Made by a program: the position numbers and the translations under genes
In this document: piece by piece, positions 48,458 to 57,839 of the stretch
Layout: every line of letters begins with the position of its first letter
How positions within the stretch are numbered: position 1 is the first letter of the stretch
Source: a virus
Length of the DNA: 64,000 bases
IMG/VR virus record: IMGVR_UViG_3300037468_000371
Span: 8,723 to 72,722 of that record
Strand: one strand, 5' to 3'
The notes under the pieces: generated by a model
The model's database searches: none
Told to the model about the DNA's origin: nothing
Seen by the model: only the letters and a program-made list of their open reading frames with translations

Positions 48458-48813
48458 GGCGTCAGCTCCTTGATCCGCTCGACGTAAGCGACTTCGCGCT
48501 GTTCCAGCTCGGCGGCTCGCTCCTGCTCCTCCTTGAGCTCGGCGTTCAGCCACTCGATATCCGACTCGGCCTCGTCCAGTTTCTTCTCGAGCGCCGCGGC
48601 GGCGTTCTCCATCGAGTCGATCGTCATCTGCGAGACACTCCGCGCCGAGGCGACCTCTCGTGCGATCAGATCGTTGATGTGCTCCTCGATCTCCTCGGGA
48701 TCGTCGTTCTCGTACGCTCGCCGCACCAGATCGGCGAACTCCGGGCTCGTCTCGAAGTACTTCGGCTTGTCATCGGCCACTTTGGCAGACCTCCCATCTC
48801 GCGCCTCGGTCAC
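48454..48813 (-). CDS. Hypothetical coiled-coil protein
   Basis: Coupled ORF, Glu-rich heptads. Confidence 0.55.
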   Translation of the reverse strand: MTEARDGRSAKVADDKPKYFETSPEFADLVRRAYENDDPEEIEEHINDLIAREVASARSVSQMTIDSMENAAAALEKKLDEAESDIEWLNAELKEEQERAAELEQREVAYVERIKELTP

Positions 48814-49079
48814 GGCTTCGCCTCCTCGTAGTGCGGGCAGTCGACGGCCAGCGCGATCAGGGCGCGGAACTGGGCCAACGATTCGATCTCGTCGAAGCGG
48901 ATGCCGTATTCCCCGCGCCGGGCTGCCGGTCCCTTCTTCTTGAACTCATCGAGATTCCACGGAAACAGCGACTTCGCGCACGCCAAGCTCGCGCCGCAGC
49001 CGGGAGTCATCTCCGAGTACCCGGGCTCGCTTGCGTCGAACCCGAAGTGCCGGCAGGTGACACAGAGTCGCGCGCTCAC
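48810..49079 (-). CDS. Hypothetical Cys-rich protein
   Basis: CVTCRHF...C...CPHY; GTGA coupling. Confidence 0.55.
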   Translation of the reverse strand: MSARLCVTCRHFGFDASEPGYSEMTPGCGASLACAKSLFPWNLDEFKKKGPAARRGEYGIRFDEIESLAQFRALIALAVDCPHYEEAKP

Positions 49080-49423
49080 GGCTCCACCAGCCCGGTCGCC
49101 CGCTCGCTCGGCTTCGGCGCGGGCGTCTCGCCCCGCAGGAACTCCACGTCCACGACCGCGCCGGACTCGATCTCGTCGAAGTGGGCGAGCAGGTGCTCGT
49201 GAGCGGCGCACATCGTGCGGCCCCCGCCCGCGTGGCCGAACGGATCGTACGGCGCATCCTCCAGCCGCAGCAGCAGAACGTACTCGCCCTGCTGCCACGG
49301 TGTGGAGCCGTAGCCAGCCCGCGCGAGCAGATACGAGTCCATGGGGCACCCTGGCTCCAGCTTCACGGCCAGCGCCGGGATGAACGTTGCGGCGTCACGG
49401 ATCTCAACGGTCTTGCAGATCAT
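49076..49423 (-). CDS. Conserved-looking phage hypothetical protein
   Basis: EIRDAATFIP...YDPF...RTM..AH...G.VVDVEFL.GE; RBS GAGGAGG. Confidence 0.65.
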   Translation of the reverse strand: MICKTVEIRDAATFIPALAVKLEPGCPMDSYLLARAGYGSTPWQQGEYVLLLRLEDAPYDPFGHAGGGRTMCAAHEHLLAHFDEIESGAVVDVEFLRGETPAPKPSERATGLVEP

Positions 49424-49426
49424 CGG

Positions 49427-49855
49427 TCAGCCCTCCTCTTCGCTGCCAGGGATGGACATCTGCGCTTCGGCTTCCGCGGCGCTCGCTTGCATCTGCTCGA
49501 TCAGCTTGCGGGTCGAAGCGGCTTCGGCCACGAACTGTGAGATCAGCCGCGACTTCACGGCCGCGATCAGCTCACGCCACGCTTGGTCCCGCTGCTGCTT
49601 GCCGGCGTCGGAATCTTCCCGGCGCAGATCGTAGTACCGGCCGGCGCAGTACTCGATCTGGCTCTCCCACGGCACTTCCACGAGCGGGCCGCCACCCTTG
49701 ACATCGGCGCGGCCGCTCATCGCCTTGATCGCGGCGGTCCGGACTTTCTTCCAGGTCTCGTCGGCCTTGCCGATCTCGGCCCGAATCAGCGCCTCGGCCC
49801 TCTTGGAGAACAGCGCCTCGATCGCGGGCGCGTCCAGCATCGGTTCGTTCGCCAT
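49427..49855 (-). CDS. Hypothetical protein
   Basis: RBS GGAGG. Confidence 0.6.
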   Translation of the reverse strand: MANEPMLDAPAIEALFSKRAEALIRAEIGKADETWKKVRTAAIKAMSGRADVKGGGPLVEVPWESQIEYCAGRYYDLRREDSDAGKQQRDQAWRELIAAVKSRLISQFVAEAASTRKLIEQMQASAAEAEAQMSIPGSEEEG

Positions 49856-49882
49856 TTCTCGCTTCCTCCGTTCTCGTTCTTG

Positions 49883-50056
49883 CTACTTGATGAACTTCCA
49901 GTACAGGTACGATCCGACGGTGAATCCGGCCGCCGTCAACGCGATCCATGCGGCCCGGGGCGGCTCGTGATTCCAGCCCCACTTGATCGCCACGACGCAC
50001 CCGAACAGGATCACGTTCGTGGCGATGTACTCGGTTCGCTCAGCCGCGGCGTTCAT
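49883..50056 (-). CDS. Small membrane protein (57 aa)
   Basis: MNAAAERTEYIATNVILFGCVVAIKWG...; TGATG coupling; two hydrophobic segments. Confidence 0.5.
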   Translation of the reverse strand: MNAAAERTEYIATNVILFGCVVAIKWGWNHEPPRAAWIALTAAGFTVGSYLYWKFIK

Positions 50057-50280
50057 CAGTCTTCCTTGCCGGGCGTCACGTCGAGCATCACGAACACGAG
50101 CCCGCCGCCCATCGATACGGCGGCGCAGCTCGCGATGCAGGCGCGCCAGAGTGGCCGCATGTCATCGAACGGGCTCACGAGCAAACTCGCCTGCTCGTAG
50201 GCGTACTTCAGCAGCAGGTAGATGCAGAAGTAGATGACAGCACTGAGAACCGTGCGCCATCCAGCATCGAGCTTCGTCAT
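50056..50280 (-). CDS. Small membrane protein
   Basis: Two hydrophobic segments; RBS GGAGG. Confidence 0.5.
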   Translation of the reverse strand: MTKLDAGWRTVLSAVIYFCIYLLLKYAYEQASLLVSPFDDMRPLWRACIASCAAVSMGGGLVFVMLDVTPGKED

Positions 50281-50609
50281 CAGTGGTCGCCTCCTCCGCC
50301 CTTCAGCATGTTCTTGCGCCAGCGGCGCCGCCGTAGCGCATCTTCGAGTCGGGCCGGGTCCATCGCCAGTATCGTTTCGGCCTCCTCGGCCCGCGCTCGC
50401 GCCAGCCGGCCAAGCGCCGGCCCCAGCTCGATCGTTACCCACGTGGCTGCCTCCCGACACTCTAGGGCGTCTTGCTCCAGGGCGCCCCGCCCGTTGGGGC
50501 GGGCAACGATCTCCATGTACTCTTCGAAACAGGCGCGCCTGAACTCGGACATGTTGCCCGAGTAGGCCGATCTGATCCGAAGCGTTGCGGCGGGTTCGAA
50601 TGGTTCCAT
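50280..50609 (-). CDS. Hypothetical protein
   Basis: ORF in the array after a long hairpin. Confidence 0.5.
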   Translation of the reverse strand: MEPFEPAATLRIRSAYSGNMSEFRRACFEEYMEIVARPNGRGALEQDALECREAATWVTIELGPALGRLARARAEEAETILAMDPARLEDALRRRRWRKNMLKGGGGDH

Positions 50610-50650
50610 AGTCCCTGCTCCATCCTGTGGCATCACTGCCGGTCCGCTGC

Positions 50651-50704
50651 CGTCCGAACCGGAACGGGGGCGGCCACGCGCCGCCCCTCGTTCCGGCCCG
50701 GACG
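50651..50704 (-). other. About 24-bp intergenic hairpin (RNase III-like substrate or terminator)
   Basis: CGUCCGGGCCGGAACGAGGGGCGGC / GCCGCCCCCGUUCCGGUUCGGACG on the minus strand. Confidence 0.6.
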
Positions 50705-50718
50705 CCCTGCGCGTCCTG

Positions 50719-51819
50719 CTAGGCCGCTGCCGCGGCCGAGCCGAGCGAACGCCACGCCGTCGCGGGCAGATCGATCAGCGCGGCGCCGGCCGTCTCCAGC
50801 TCGTACGCCCGATCGTAGTCAGGGGCGTCCTCGGCCGTCCGCGTCACGGCATTGAACAGGCCGTAGCGCGTCAGGTCGCCGCCGCGGATCAGGTGCCGCA
50901 GCACTCCGCCCCTCTCGCCTTCGTTCAGGCCGAGCACGCGGCCGGCCGCTTCGACGACAACGACCGGATCACCGTCGATCGGCTCGGCCGCGGTCTTGCC
51001 GATCTTCTCCGTCAGGGCGTCGAACCGTGCTCGGTCGAACGCGCCCTTCACCACGTCGCGAACCTTGAGCCACACCGCCCGATCGTCGGCGCGCCGGGTC
51101 TCGTCCGTCAGCAGCGCGGCCACGTCCTCGCCCATGTCGAAGCGGCCGCCGACGTGGTACTTGCGCATGGAGCGCTCGCTGAACACCGCGAGATTCGTGC
51201 AGGCGCGGGTCCACACGGCGGTCTCGACCGCGAGAGCGCCGCATCCGACCTCGCTGTTCCTCAGCACGATCGCCGGGCTCACGGTGTCGAAGATCGTGTG
51301 CGAACCGTCCCCCATCCGTCCCGTGGGGATGTCCTTCTGGATGTCCATCGAGACCGCCTTGAAGTACAGCCGCCGCTCCGTCACCTCGGAGGAGATCACC
51401 TCCAGGTTCAGGTCCGCGAGCACGGGCAGGACCGCCTCGGCGAAGTCGAAGTAGTCGAGCGCCCGGTACTTCGACGACAGCCACGCGCGAGCCTTGCCGT
51501 CCAGCGTGCGCAGCATCCGCGTCTCCGGGTTCTTCACGAGCCAGGTGTTCACGTTCTTCACGAGCAGCGTCGGATCCTCGTCGAGCATACGGCGGTAGTA
51601 GGCTCGCGGGATCTCCAGGCTACCGGCCAGCTGCTCGTGCGCCAGCTCGTTCAGCCCCACCGAGCCGTTGCCCTTGATGGCGAGCTTGATCTTGTTACCG
51701 TCGTCGAAGTCCTCGTGCATCTCGATCCCTCGCGCGGTGTCCACGACGTAGTCGCGCTTCGTCTCGCGCTGCCGCTCCAGCTCCTGCGCCAGCTCCATCA
51801 GGCTGCGTCCGGTCTTCAT
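50719..51819 (-). CDS. DUF932/DUF945 family phage protein
   Basis: MK.GRSL.ELA.ELERQ, L.IP..YY, RTLDG.ARA.LS.KY, NSEVG.G, C.N.A, YGL.NAVT. Confidence 0.8.
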   Translation of the reverse strand: MKTGRSLMELAQELERQRETKRDYVVDTARGIEMHEDFDDGNKIKLAIKGNGSVGLNELAHEQLAGSLEIPRAYYRRMLDEDPTLLVKNVNTWLVKNPETRMLRTLDGKARAWLSSKYRALDYFDFAEAVLPVLADLNLEVISSEVTERRLYFKAVSMDIQKDIPTGRMGDGSHTIFDTVSPAIVLRNSEVGCGALAVETAVWTRACTNLAVFSERSMRKYHVGGRFDMGEDVAALLTDETRRADDRAVWLKVRDVVKGAFDRARFDALTEKIGKTAAEPIDGDPVVVVEAAGRVLGLNEGERGGVLRHLIRGGDLTRYGLFNAVTRTAEDAPDYDRAYELETAGAALIDLPATAWRSLGSAAAAA

Positions 51820-51958
51820 GGTTCCCTACCTTTCGTGCCGGCCGGCGGCTCTCGTGTCCGCGCGGCGGCGGTCGACTCGTGCGGCTTCAGTGCCGCAGAG
51901 CACCGAGAGATGCACGGGCGGCTGCCCGTGCATCCTTGCGCTGCCCTGCGACTGCCCC

Positions 51959-52135
51959 CTACTTCCAGGACGCCGGGGTCACTTTGATGTGATCGGCCTT
52001 CGGCGGCCGGGGGTTCCGTTCCTTCAACAGCCGCAAGGCGGCCTGCGCTACCTCGCGGACGTCAGCGTACCTGTACTCCACGGCGATCGCTGCGAGGTCT
52101 TGGATCGTCAGGATCTTTCGGTCGACCTTCATCAT
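51959..52135 (-). CDS. Small hypothetical protein (58 aa)
   Basis: MMKVDRKILTIQDLAA...; ATGA coupling. Confidence 0.5.
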   Translation of the reverse strand: MMKVDRKILTIQDLAAIAVEYRYADVREVAQAALRLLKERNPRPPKADHIKVTPASWK

Positions 52136-52710
52136 CTGCCTTCCCCCTTAGCCTTGATTGCGGCCATCTTCCGTTCGATCTCCCGGCGACGGCGCTCCAG
52201 CTTCTTCAACGCGGTCTGAGCACGCCGCAGCCGCGTGGTCCATGCCTTAGAGCGCGTCTCGATCGACGTGCGCTCCCGCTCCATCCGTTCGACCGGCCCG
52301 GGCTTCACCCGCTGGGGCTCGGGCCGATGTGCGATACGCCAGCGGTCCTCGGCGGCCCACGCGAATCGCTCGTCGTAGCCGGACCACCGATACCGCGGTC
52401 CCATGTCACGGTGCTCGACTCCGCGGAGGTGCGCGAACTCGTGCGCCAGCACGAACGCCACCATCGGCGCGTTCGCCTCCTCGGGCTCGCCGGCCGCTGG
52501 ACGAGGGATGCGGATCACGCACCAGTTGCCCCGCAGGATCGCTCGGCCCGTCACGTACCGTCCGTTTCGGCGGGCTCGCGGCGGCGGGTACCGCACGTTC
52601 ACGGTCACCCGCTCCACCTTCGCCGGATCCAGCTCGCCCCTGCGCGCCACGGCCATCGCCAGGCGCCGCAACGCGCGGGTGTCGAACCGTGTCTCGTTGA
52701 CGATCTTCAC
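52132..52710 (-). CDS. HExxH zinc-metallopeptidase-like protein
   Basis: VLAHEFAHLRG..H; GTGA coupling. Confidence 0.65.
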   Translation of the reverse strand: MKIVNETRFDTRALRRLAMAVARRGELDPAKVERVTVNVRYPPPRARRNGRYVTGRAILRGNWCVIRIPRPAAGEPEEANAPMVAFVLAHEFAHLRGVEHRDMGPRYRWSGYDERFAWAAEDRWRIAHRPEPQRVKPGPVERMERERTSIETRSKAWTTRLRRAQTALKKLERRRREIERKMAAIKAKGEGR

Positions 52711-52949
52711 GGCTTCTGGACCCTCCACAGCTTCCTCTCGACTTCGCGGTGCCGGGCGCCCTTGCGATCCTCTAACGTCAGGTAGCGCACGCCGAACATG
52801 ATCTCCTCCTTGATCACTCGGCAGATCCATGCCGGGTCGGGCCATCCGGCCACTTCCGTGCCGTCGTAGAAGGTCGGCGGCTGCTGAGTCACGTGATCAC
52901 CGACCGCGATCGTCGGCTTCGGCGCTGCCAGCTTCGTCGTCACTGTCAT
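52707..52949 (-). CDS. Hypothetical protein
   Basis: RBS GAGGGAG. Confidence 0.55.
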   Translation of the reverse strand: MTVTTKLAAPKPTIAVGDHVTQQPPTFYDGTEVAGWPDPAWICRVIKEEIMFGVRYLTLEDRKGARHREVERKLWRVQKP

Positions 52950-52962
52950 GTATGCTCCCTCC

Positions 52963-53310
52963 TCAGTCTTCCGGGCTCTCGTCGCCCAGGTCGTGGATGT
53001 CGATCAGGTCCAGGGCCGTCAGGGCTTCCATGCGGCAATGCCGACCGGCGGCGTATCCGCGCACCCAGATCGCGCGCAGCTCGGCACTCGGCGGGTCCGT
53101 GTCGATCTCCGTGATCGGCCGGCCCTGCTCGCCAGCGTGCCAGCCGTGCTCGAAGTAGAACTGCCCTTCGGGCATCGCGTCCGACGCCGGCATCGGATCA
53201 TCGTACGCAGCGCCTCTCTCGCGCCGCAGCCGCTTCGCGCGGATCCGCTCGGCGAGCGGCGCCGCGTCCCATCCACCCTCGATCCAGCGGTCCTGCCTCG
53301 TCATGGTCAT
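52963..53310 (-). CDS. Hypothetical protein
   Basis: ATGA coupling; FEHGW..G...W.RGY pattern. Confidence 0.5.
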   Translation of the reverse strand: MTMTRQDRWIEGGWDAAPLAERIRAKRLRRERGAAYDDPMPASDAMPEGQFYFEHGWHAGEQGRPITEIDTDPPSAELRAIWVRGYAAGRHCRMEALTALDLIDIHDLGDESPED

Positions 53311-53525
53311 GGCCTCGCCTCCATCGCTGCCCTCCAATCATCCACGAGCTGGTCGCAGCTGATCGGTCGGGCAAGGTAGTAGTCGTAGCATCGATCGCCC
53401 ATGCCGCGCCAGCGCATCGCGGCGCGCACGTCCGAGACGGTGATGTCGTTGCGGACAGAGAACTGGTCCAGGCCGATCTTCACGATTCGTCGGCCCGCGC
53501 CCGGCCACTCGTCACGAGGGATCAT
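53307..53525 (-). CDS. Hypothetical protein
   Basis: RBS AGGAG. Confidence 0.55.
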   Translation of the reverse strand: MIPRDEWPGAGRRIVKIGLDQFSVRNDITVSDVRAAMRWRGMGDRCYDYYLARPISCDQLVDDWRAAMEARP

Positions 53526-53559
53526 GGTTGCGTTGTCTCCTGTCTGTCTTCCGGCGTGT

Positions 53560-53874
53560 TCACCACTTCGCCCAGCTGGGCAGTCCGTCGTAGATGCGAT
53601 CGCAGATCAGCTCGTAGATCTCCGCTGCGCTCACGTTACCCTGCTCGCGCTGCCGGCGCGCGACCGCAAGGTTGCACGCGTAGTTGGCGAGATCGCCCGT
53701 GGCCATCACCGTTCCGGCGCCACCCTGCGGGAACAGCGCGCGGGACAGGCGGCCGCCGGAGTGGCGCGACCAGAACGACCACAGCTCGTCGTAGTCGGCC
53801 GCGTCCAGGTTCGGCACTTCGACCTGGGGCGGCGGTTTCATCATGCTTGCGGGCTTCGTCTTCACGTTCGTCAC
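53560..53874 (-). CDS. Hypothetical protein
   Basis: RBS GGAGG; C-terminal YE.ICDRIY..LP.WAKW. Confidence 0.6.
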   Translation of the reverse strand: MTNVKTKPASMMKPPPQVEVPNLDAADYDELWSFWSRHSGGRLSRALFPQGGAGTVMATGDLANYACNLAVARRQREQGNVSAAEIYELICDRIYDGLPSWAKW

Positions 53875-54203
53875 AGTCCCTCCAGTCCAGCCTCACCCGG
53901 CGTGAAGTACTCGCGCAGTGCCACACGCACCATCGCTCGCCGTTCCGTGCTCGTCAGGCCACCCCATGCCAGAACCGCGGCGGGGTTCAGGCCGCCGTGG
54001 TCTACGATGTAGTCGAGGACCGCCTCACAGGCCATCCAGTACGTCAGCCGGTAGCCGGTCGGCACCAGCGCAGATCGCAGATCAGCGTCGACCATCTCGT
54101 AGGTGTGGCCGATGGCATCCAGGAATTCCGAGCGCGTGGCCCGGTATCCATGAACGTCCAGTTCGCTGTTGCGAACGCCGCCCTTCGCTGTCTTGCAGAT
54201 CAC
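53871..54203 (-). CDS. Hypothetical protein
   Basis: RBS GGAGG, GTGA coupling. Confidence 0.5.
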   Translation of the reverse strand: MICKTAKGGVRNSELDVHGYRATRSEFLDAIGHTYEMVDADLRSALVPTGYRLTYWMACEAVLDYIVDHGGLNPAAVLAWGGLTSTERRAMVRVALREYFTPGEAGLEGL

Positions 54204-54397
54204 CGCCCGCGCCTCCGGTTGTACTCGCGCTGGTAGTAGCCACGGGCCGTCTTGATCTTGTCGCGGAGCGCAGTCTTGTCCAGCATCGACAGCCCGAGGT
54301 CGTTGGCCTCGGTCGCGAAGCCGTGTCGCAACAGCAGCCGCTCCAGGAACTCGGCTTCCGTGTCGCTGATCTTCAGGTTGACATTCGGCAGATTCAC
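54200..54397 (-). CDS. Hypothetical protein
   Basis: RBS GGAGGTG. Confidence 0.55.
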   Translation of the reverse strand: MNLPNVNLKISDTEAEFLERLLLRHGFATEANDLGLSMLDKTALRDKIKTARGYYQREYNRRRGR

Positions 54398-54693
54398 TTG
54401 TCACCTCCGCTGGGTCGGAAGAATCGGAACTCCCCGTCCACGACCATCACGAATCCGATACGGGTGCGGTCCGGCCGTGCCGGGATCGTGAAGTAGCTGT
54501 CCGGCACGCCGAGCCGAACGCGTCGCAGTCGGCCGTCAGGGAACCGGACCAGACCGCGACGGTTCGACTCGCTTGCACTGCCGTACGGTGTGTTGTACGC
54601 CAGCTCCTCGGGCTCGATCCACGTCTCGCCAAGCCACGTCACCCGCTCTTCCATGCCGGGGCGTGGCTTCAGGTACTTCCGCGCGATGCTCAT
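54394..54693 (-). CDS. Hypothetical protein
   Basis: ATGA coupling; PDSYFTIPAR. Confidence 0.55.
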   Translation of the reverse strand: MSIARKYLKPRPGMEERVTWLGETWIEPEELAYNTPYGSASESNRRGLVRFPDGRLRRVRLGVPDSYFTIPARPDRTRIGFVMVVDGEFRFFRPSGGDK

Positions 54694-55232
54694 CGCACTT
54701 CCTGCCCGTGCCACTTTCGCGTCTTGCCGACGCTGAGCGTCCAGACCATCAGCAGGTTGCCGTGGTCGGACAGCTCGAACACGATGTCGCCGGGGCCATC
54801 GCTGGCCGCGGCGTCATCGAGCATGTCCGGCGTCACGTTGCCCACCTTTGGGCAAACACACGGGATCTCCTCGCTCGCCCAGACACCGATGTCCGCGCCG
54901 TCACCCGGGTGCGCTCCGACGTAGTGTCCGGGCGGAGCGTACATCGTGAGGATGTCTTCGAGATCGCTCCAGGCTTCCGACAGCGTCTCGATCGCGTGCT
55001 CCTGCTCCTGCTCGTAGGTGTCGGCGTCCCAGACCGAATTCATGGCCGCTGAGACCTCCGCTCCGATCCGACGGACCCGGTTGCGGTCCGCGCGGCTCAT
55101 GCTGACCCAGTGTTCTGCTGCGTGCAGAAGATCCGGCACCACGTCCTCGGCCCGGAGCGTTCCGCTCGAGATCGAGCCGGTCGGCAGCCAGCGCGGTCGC
55201 ACCCGGCGCTTCGCTCGGATGTTGCGAGTCAT
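54690..55232 (-). CDS. Hypothetical protein
   Basis: GSISSGTLR.ED, Y.GAHPGDGAD.G.W, SDHGN. Confidence 0.6.
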   Translation of the reverse strand: MTRNIRAKRRVRPRWLPTGSISSGTLRAEDVVPDLLHAAEHWVSMSRADRNRVRRIGAEVSAAMNSVWDADTYEQEQEHAIETLSEAWSDLEDILTMYAPPGHYVGAHPGDGADIGVWASEEIPCVCPKVGNVTPDMLDDAAASDGPGDIVFELSDHGNLLMVWTLSVGKTRKWHGQEVR

Positions 55233-55255
55233 GTGCATCCCCTTTCTGCTCGGCT

Positions 55256-55594
55256 TCAGCCGTTGTCCTTCGGGTTGGCTTCGTCGTCCGACAGGTGCCC
55301 GAACCGCTCGCGGTTCCAAGCCGCGATCCAGCGGTCCATCGCCTCGACGTAGTGATCACCGCGCCAGCTGTTCGAACCGAACCCGATGTCACCCTCGGCG
55401 AGCTGCCCCACGCCCAGGACGGCGCAGCGGTTCATCTTCCGCTCCGCGATGTCGTCGTAGTCGAACCGGATGATCACCACTCGATCACCCGTGTGCGAGT
55501 CGATCGCCAGGGCGACGTAGAACGGATCGCCCGAGATCCCGTTGCGGTGGAAGGCCAGCTTGATCAGGTTGTGATCCTTGTACGGAGCGCACAT
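55256..55594 (-). CDS. Hypothetical protein
   Basis: HRNGISG.PF...NSWRGD; RBS GAGGAGG. Confidence 0.6.
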   Translation of the reverse strand: MCAPYKDHNLIKLAFHRNGISGDPFYVALAIDSHTGDRVVIIRFDYDDIAERKMNRCAVLGVGQLAEGDIGFGSNSWRGDHYVEAMDRWIAAWNRERFGHLSDDEANPKDNG

Positions 55595-55869
55595 CAGTGA
55601 ATCCTCCTCGGTCCGAGCGGCACCCGGGCCATCTCTTCGTGCTTGAAGACATCCGATCCCGGCACGCCCCACAGCTGCATGCACAGGTAGTCGATCGTCT
55701 CGATCAGTCGGGCTCGCGCCTCGATCTCGCTGGTGCCCGGCTCGCAGATCTTCGACTCTTTGTCGTCGGCGGCGCCTTCCACCAACCCGAGCGCCAGAGC
55801 GACCAGCTCCTCGTTCGAGTACGGCGTCAGCAGCCGTTCCAGCTCGTCCAGCTCTTTCTTCTTCGCCAT
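55594..55869 (-). CDS. Hypothetical protein
   Basis: ORF in the array. Confidence 0.55.
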   Translation of the reverse strand: MAKKKELDELERLLTPYSNEELVALALGLVEGAADDKESKICEPGTSEIEARARLIETIDYLCMQLWGVPGSDVFKHEEMARVPLGPRRIH

Positions 55870-55885
55870 CAGTCGCGTCCCCTTT

Positions 55886-56098
55886 CTAGTTCAGGTGCTT
55901 GAAGCGCACGCTGCTGCGCTTCACGCCGTACAGCCGTTCGAGCAGGTCCAGAGCCTCGCTCGCCTTCGAGCGAGTCCACTCGCCGTCGCCGTAGCAGCGG
56001 ATCCGCTCCGTGCAGATACCGGCCTTCGGGTCAGGGATCCGCAGCGAGAACACCGTGAAGTCCCCGCCGGTCCAGCAGCGCATCACTCGGACGATCAT
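55886..56098 (-). CDS. Hypothetical protein
   Basis: ATGA coupling. Confidence 0.5.
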   Translation of the reverse strand: MIVRVMRCWTGGDFTVFSLRIPDPKAGICTERIRCYGDGEWTRSKASEALDLLERLYGVKRSSVRFKHLN

Positions 56099-56397
56099 GA
56101 CGCGCACCACGCACCGATCAGCCAGCGCACGCGGCCCTCCTGCTGCTCGACGTACCGCACCGCCCGCGCCTCCTCCCACTTCTTGCAGGTGTTCCGCAGG
56201 TAGTCGGTCGCGTTCTGGTAGCTGTCGAACGGCAGGCAGTTGTCGATGATCAGGCCCGTCGTCATCGCGAACCCTCCGGAGTACGAGTGGCCGTGGTCGT
56301 ACTCGTCGCGGCGCTTCTCGGTCTTGTACTCGGCCATCAGGCTATCGCGGTCATTGACCGCGATCTTCGGGATGAACTCGATCCAGTTCGCACCCAT
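56095..56397 (-). CDS. Hypothetical protein
   Basis: RBS GAGGAGG; YDHGHSYSG...KW..A...GAWCAS. Confidence 0.6.
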   Translation of the reverse strand: MGANWIEFIPKIAVNDRDSLMAEYKTEKRRDEYDHGHSYSGGFAMTTGLIIDNCLPFDSYQNATDYLRNTCKKWEEARAVRYVEQQEGRVRWLIGAWCAS

Positions 56398-56413
56398 CGC
56401 CGTTCCTCCTCGA

Positions 56414-57139
56414 TCACCACTTCATCAGCAGCGCCACGGCCGCTTCCTCCTGGCCGGTGCGGTACAGCTTCACCGCGTCGAAGAAGCGGAACATCGCGCA
56501 GTAGAGCATCTTCTCGTCGTCCTCGATCTTCGGCACGTCCGAGGACCAGCTCTTCTCGTCGGCCCACTCGTTGTAGACCACGCGCTTGTTGTCCTCGACC
56601 CAGTTCGACGTCACCGACGTCGACCGTTGCAGCGACTTCGCCTCGTGCCGCGCCGCCTCCACCAGCCAGTCGCGGACCGACTCGGTCAGCAGCCGCTGCG
56701 CGCCCGGATCGGTCGGCGTCGGCATCGGGTCCTTGCCCTCCTCGAACCGCGCGGCCAGCGAGCCGGCCAGCTCGTACCGGATCGCCGCCTGCACCACGCC
56801 GTCCTGCATCCACGAGAGCTCGTAGCTCGGCGCGTCCAGGAACTTCGCGGCCCACTTCTCGATCCCCCCGCGCTCGCTCGCCTCGATCTTGCGGAACGCC
56901 CGCGCGATCAGCGGGTACGGATCGTTCAGCGCGGCGGTCACGGACGCGAGCTTCTTCTCCTCGTACTCCCGCGCGGCCTTCGCCTTCGCCTCCTCGGCGC
57001 GGCGGGCGTGATCCGCCTCGCGCAGCTTGGTCGACTTCTTCTGCCACGGGTCCATCATCGACGTCCCGAGCTTCGTGAGATCGCGGTCGAGTCGCTCGCG
57101 CGCCTCACGCTCCCATCGGTCACTCCGGTACATACCCAT
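56414..57139 (-). CDS. Hypothetical protein (241 aa), downstream of hammerhead D
   Basis: RBS AAAGGAG. Confidence 0.65.
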   Translation of the reverse strand: MGMYRSDRWEREARERLDRDLTKLGTSMMDPWQKKSTKLREADHARRAEEAKAKAAREYEEKKLASVTAALNDPYPLIARAFRKIEASERGGIEKWAAKFLDAPSYELSWMQDGVVQAAIRYELAGSLAARFEEGKDPMPTPTDPGAQRLLTESVRDWLVEAARHEAKSLQRSTSVTSNWVEDNKRVVYNEWADEKSWSSDVPKIEDDEKMLYCAMFRFFDAVKLYRTGQEEAAVALLMKW

Positions 57140-57172
57140 GCCGTTCTCCTTTCTGCGGCCTTCGTTTTCGGT

Positions 57173-57250
57173 TGGCTTAGCATCATCAGTGCGGCGGGAG
57201 CCACCCGCTCGCAGAGGCGCCGGCTCGCGCCGGGCCGGCGCCTTTCGCTA
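57173..57250 (-). ncRNA. Type II hammerhead ribozyme D
   Basis: UAGC-GAAA-GGCGCCGGC..GCCGGCGCC-UC^-UGCG-A-GCGGG-UGGCU-CCCGC-CGCA-CUGAUGA-U-GCUA-AGCCA; all three stems pair; CUC site, cut between 57214 and 57213. Confidence 0.9.
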
Positions 57251-57252
57251 GA

Positions 57253-57570
57253 TCACCAGCGGCGCCCCTCCCGCTCGGCCTGCTCATCCTCCAGCCGGTC
57301 ACGCCACGCCGTGCGGCGCCGTGCGATGTCGCCGCGCAGGTCCGCGAGCGCCGCGTCTCGCTCGCTCGGGTGCAGCGAACCGTCCTGGCTCGCGGCGAGC
57401 AGCTCCGCCTTCAGCTCCAGGATCTCCAGCGCGTACTGCGCCTGCCAGCGATCATGGAACGTCTCGCGGGTGCAGTCCATCGTGTGGTCCACGACGTGGA
57501 ACAGGCTCGCCCCCTCGCCGTGCACCACCGTGATCTCGAACCGCGGCTTCCATCGCTTCGGCTTGCTCAC
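57253..57570 (-). CDS. Hypothetical protein
   Basis: RBS AGGAGG, GTGA coupling. Confidence 0.55.
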   Translation of the reverse strand: MSKPKRWKPRFEITVVHGEGASLFHVVDHTMDCTRETFHDRWQAQYALEILELKAELLAASQDGSLHPSERDAALADLRGDIARRRTAWRDRLEDEQAEREGRRW

Positions 57571-57836
57571 TTGGTCGCCTCCTTTCGGTCACAGATGACG
57601 CCGAAGGCGGCGTCGGTCAGCAGCTCGTAGTAGTCGACCAGCCGCTCGAGGTTCATCGCGGCGAGCTTCTTACCGGCCGTCCGTGCGTGCCATGCACGCT
57701 CCAGCGTCGAGTTGAATCGCTTGTACGCTGCGCGATGCACGGCCTTCAGCTCCGTGATCGTCAGTCGTTCCAGATCGGCCTGCCGATAGGCCCCGTAGGC
57801 CATGTTGGGGCGGAACGCCACGCGCTTGTTCGACAT
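57567..57836 (-). CDS. Hypothetical protein
   Basis: RBS GGAGGTG. Confidence 0.6.
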   Translation of the reverse strand: MSNKRVAFRPNMAYGAYRQADLERLTITELKAVHRAAYKRFNSTLERAWHARTAGKKLAAMNLERLVDYYELLTDAAFGVICDRKEATK

Positions 57837-57839
57837 CGC

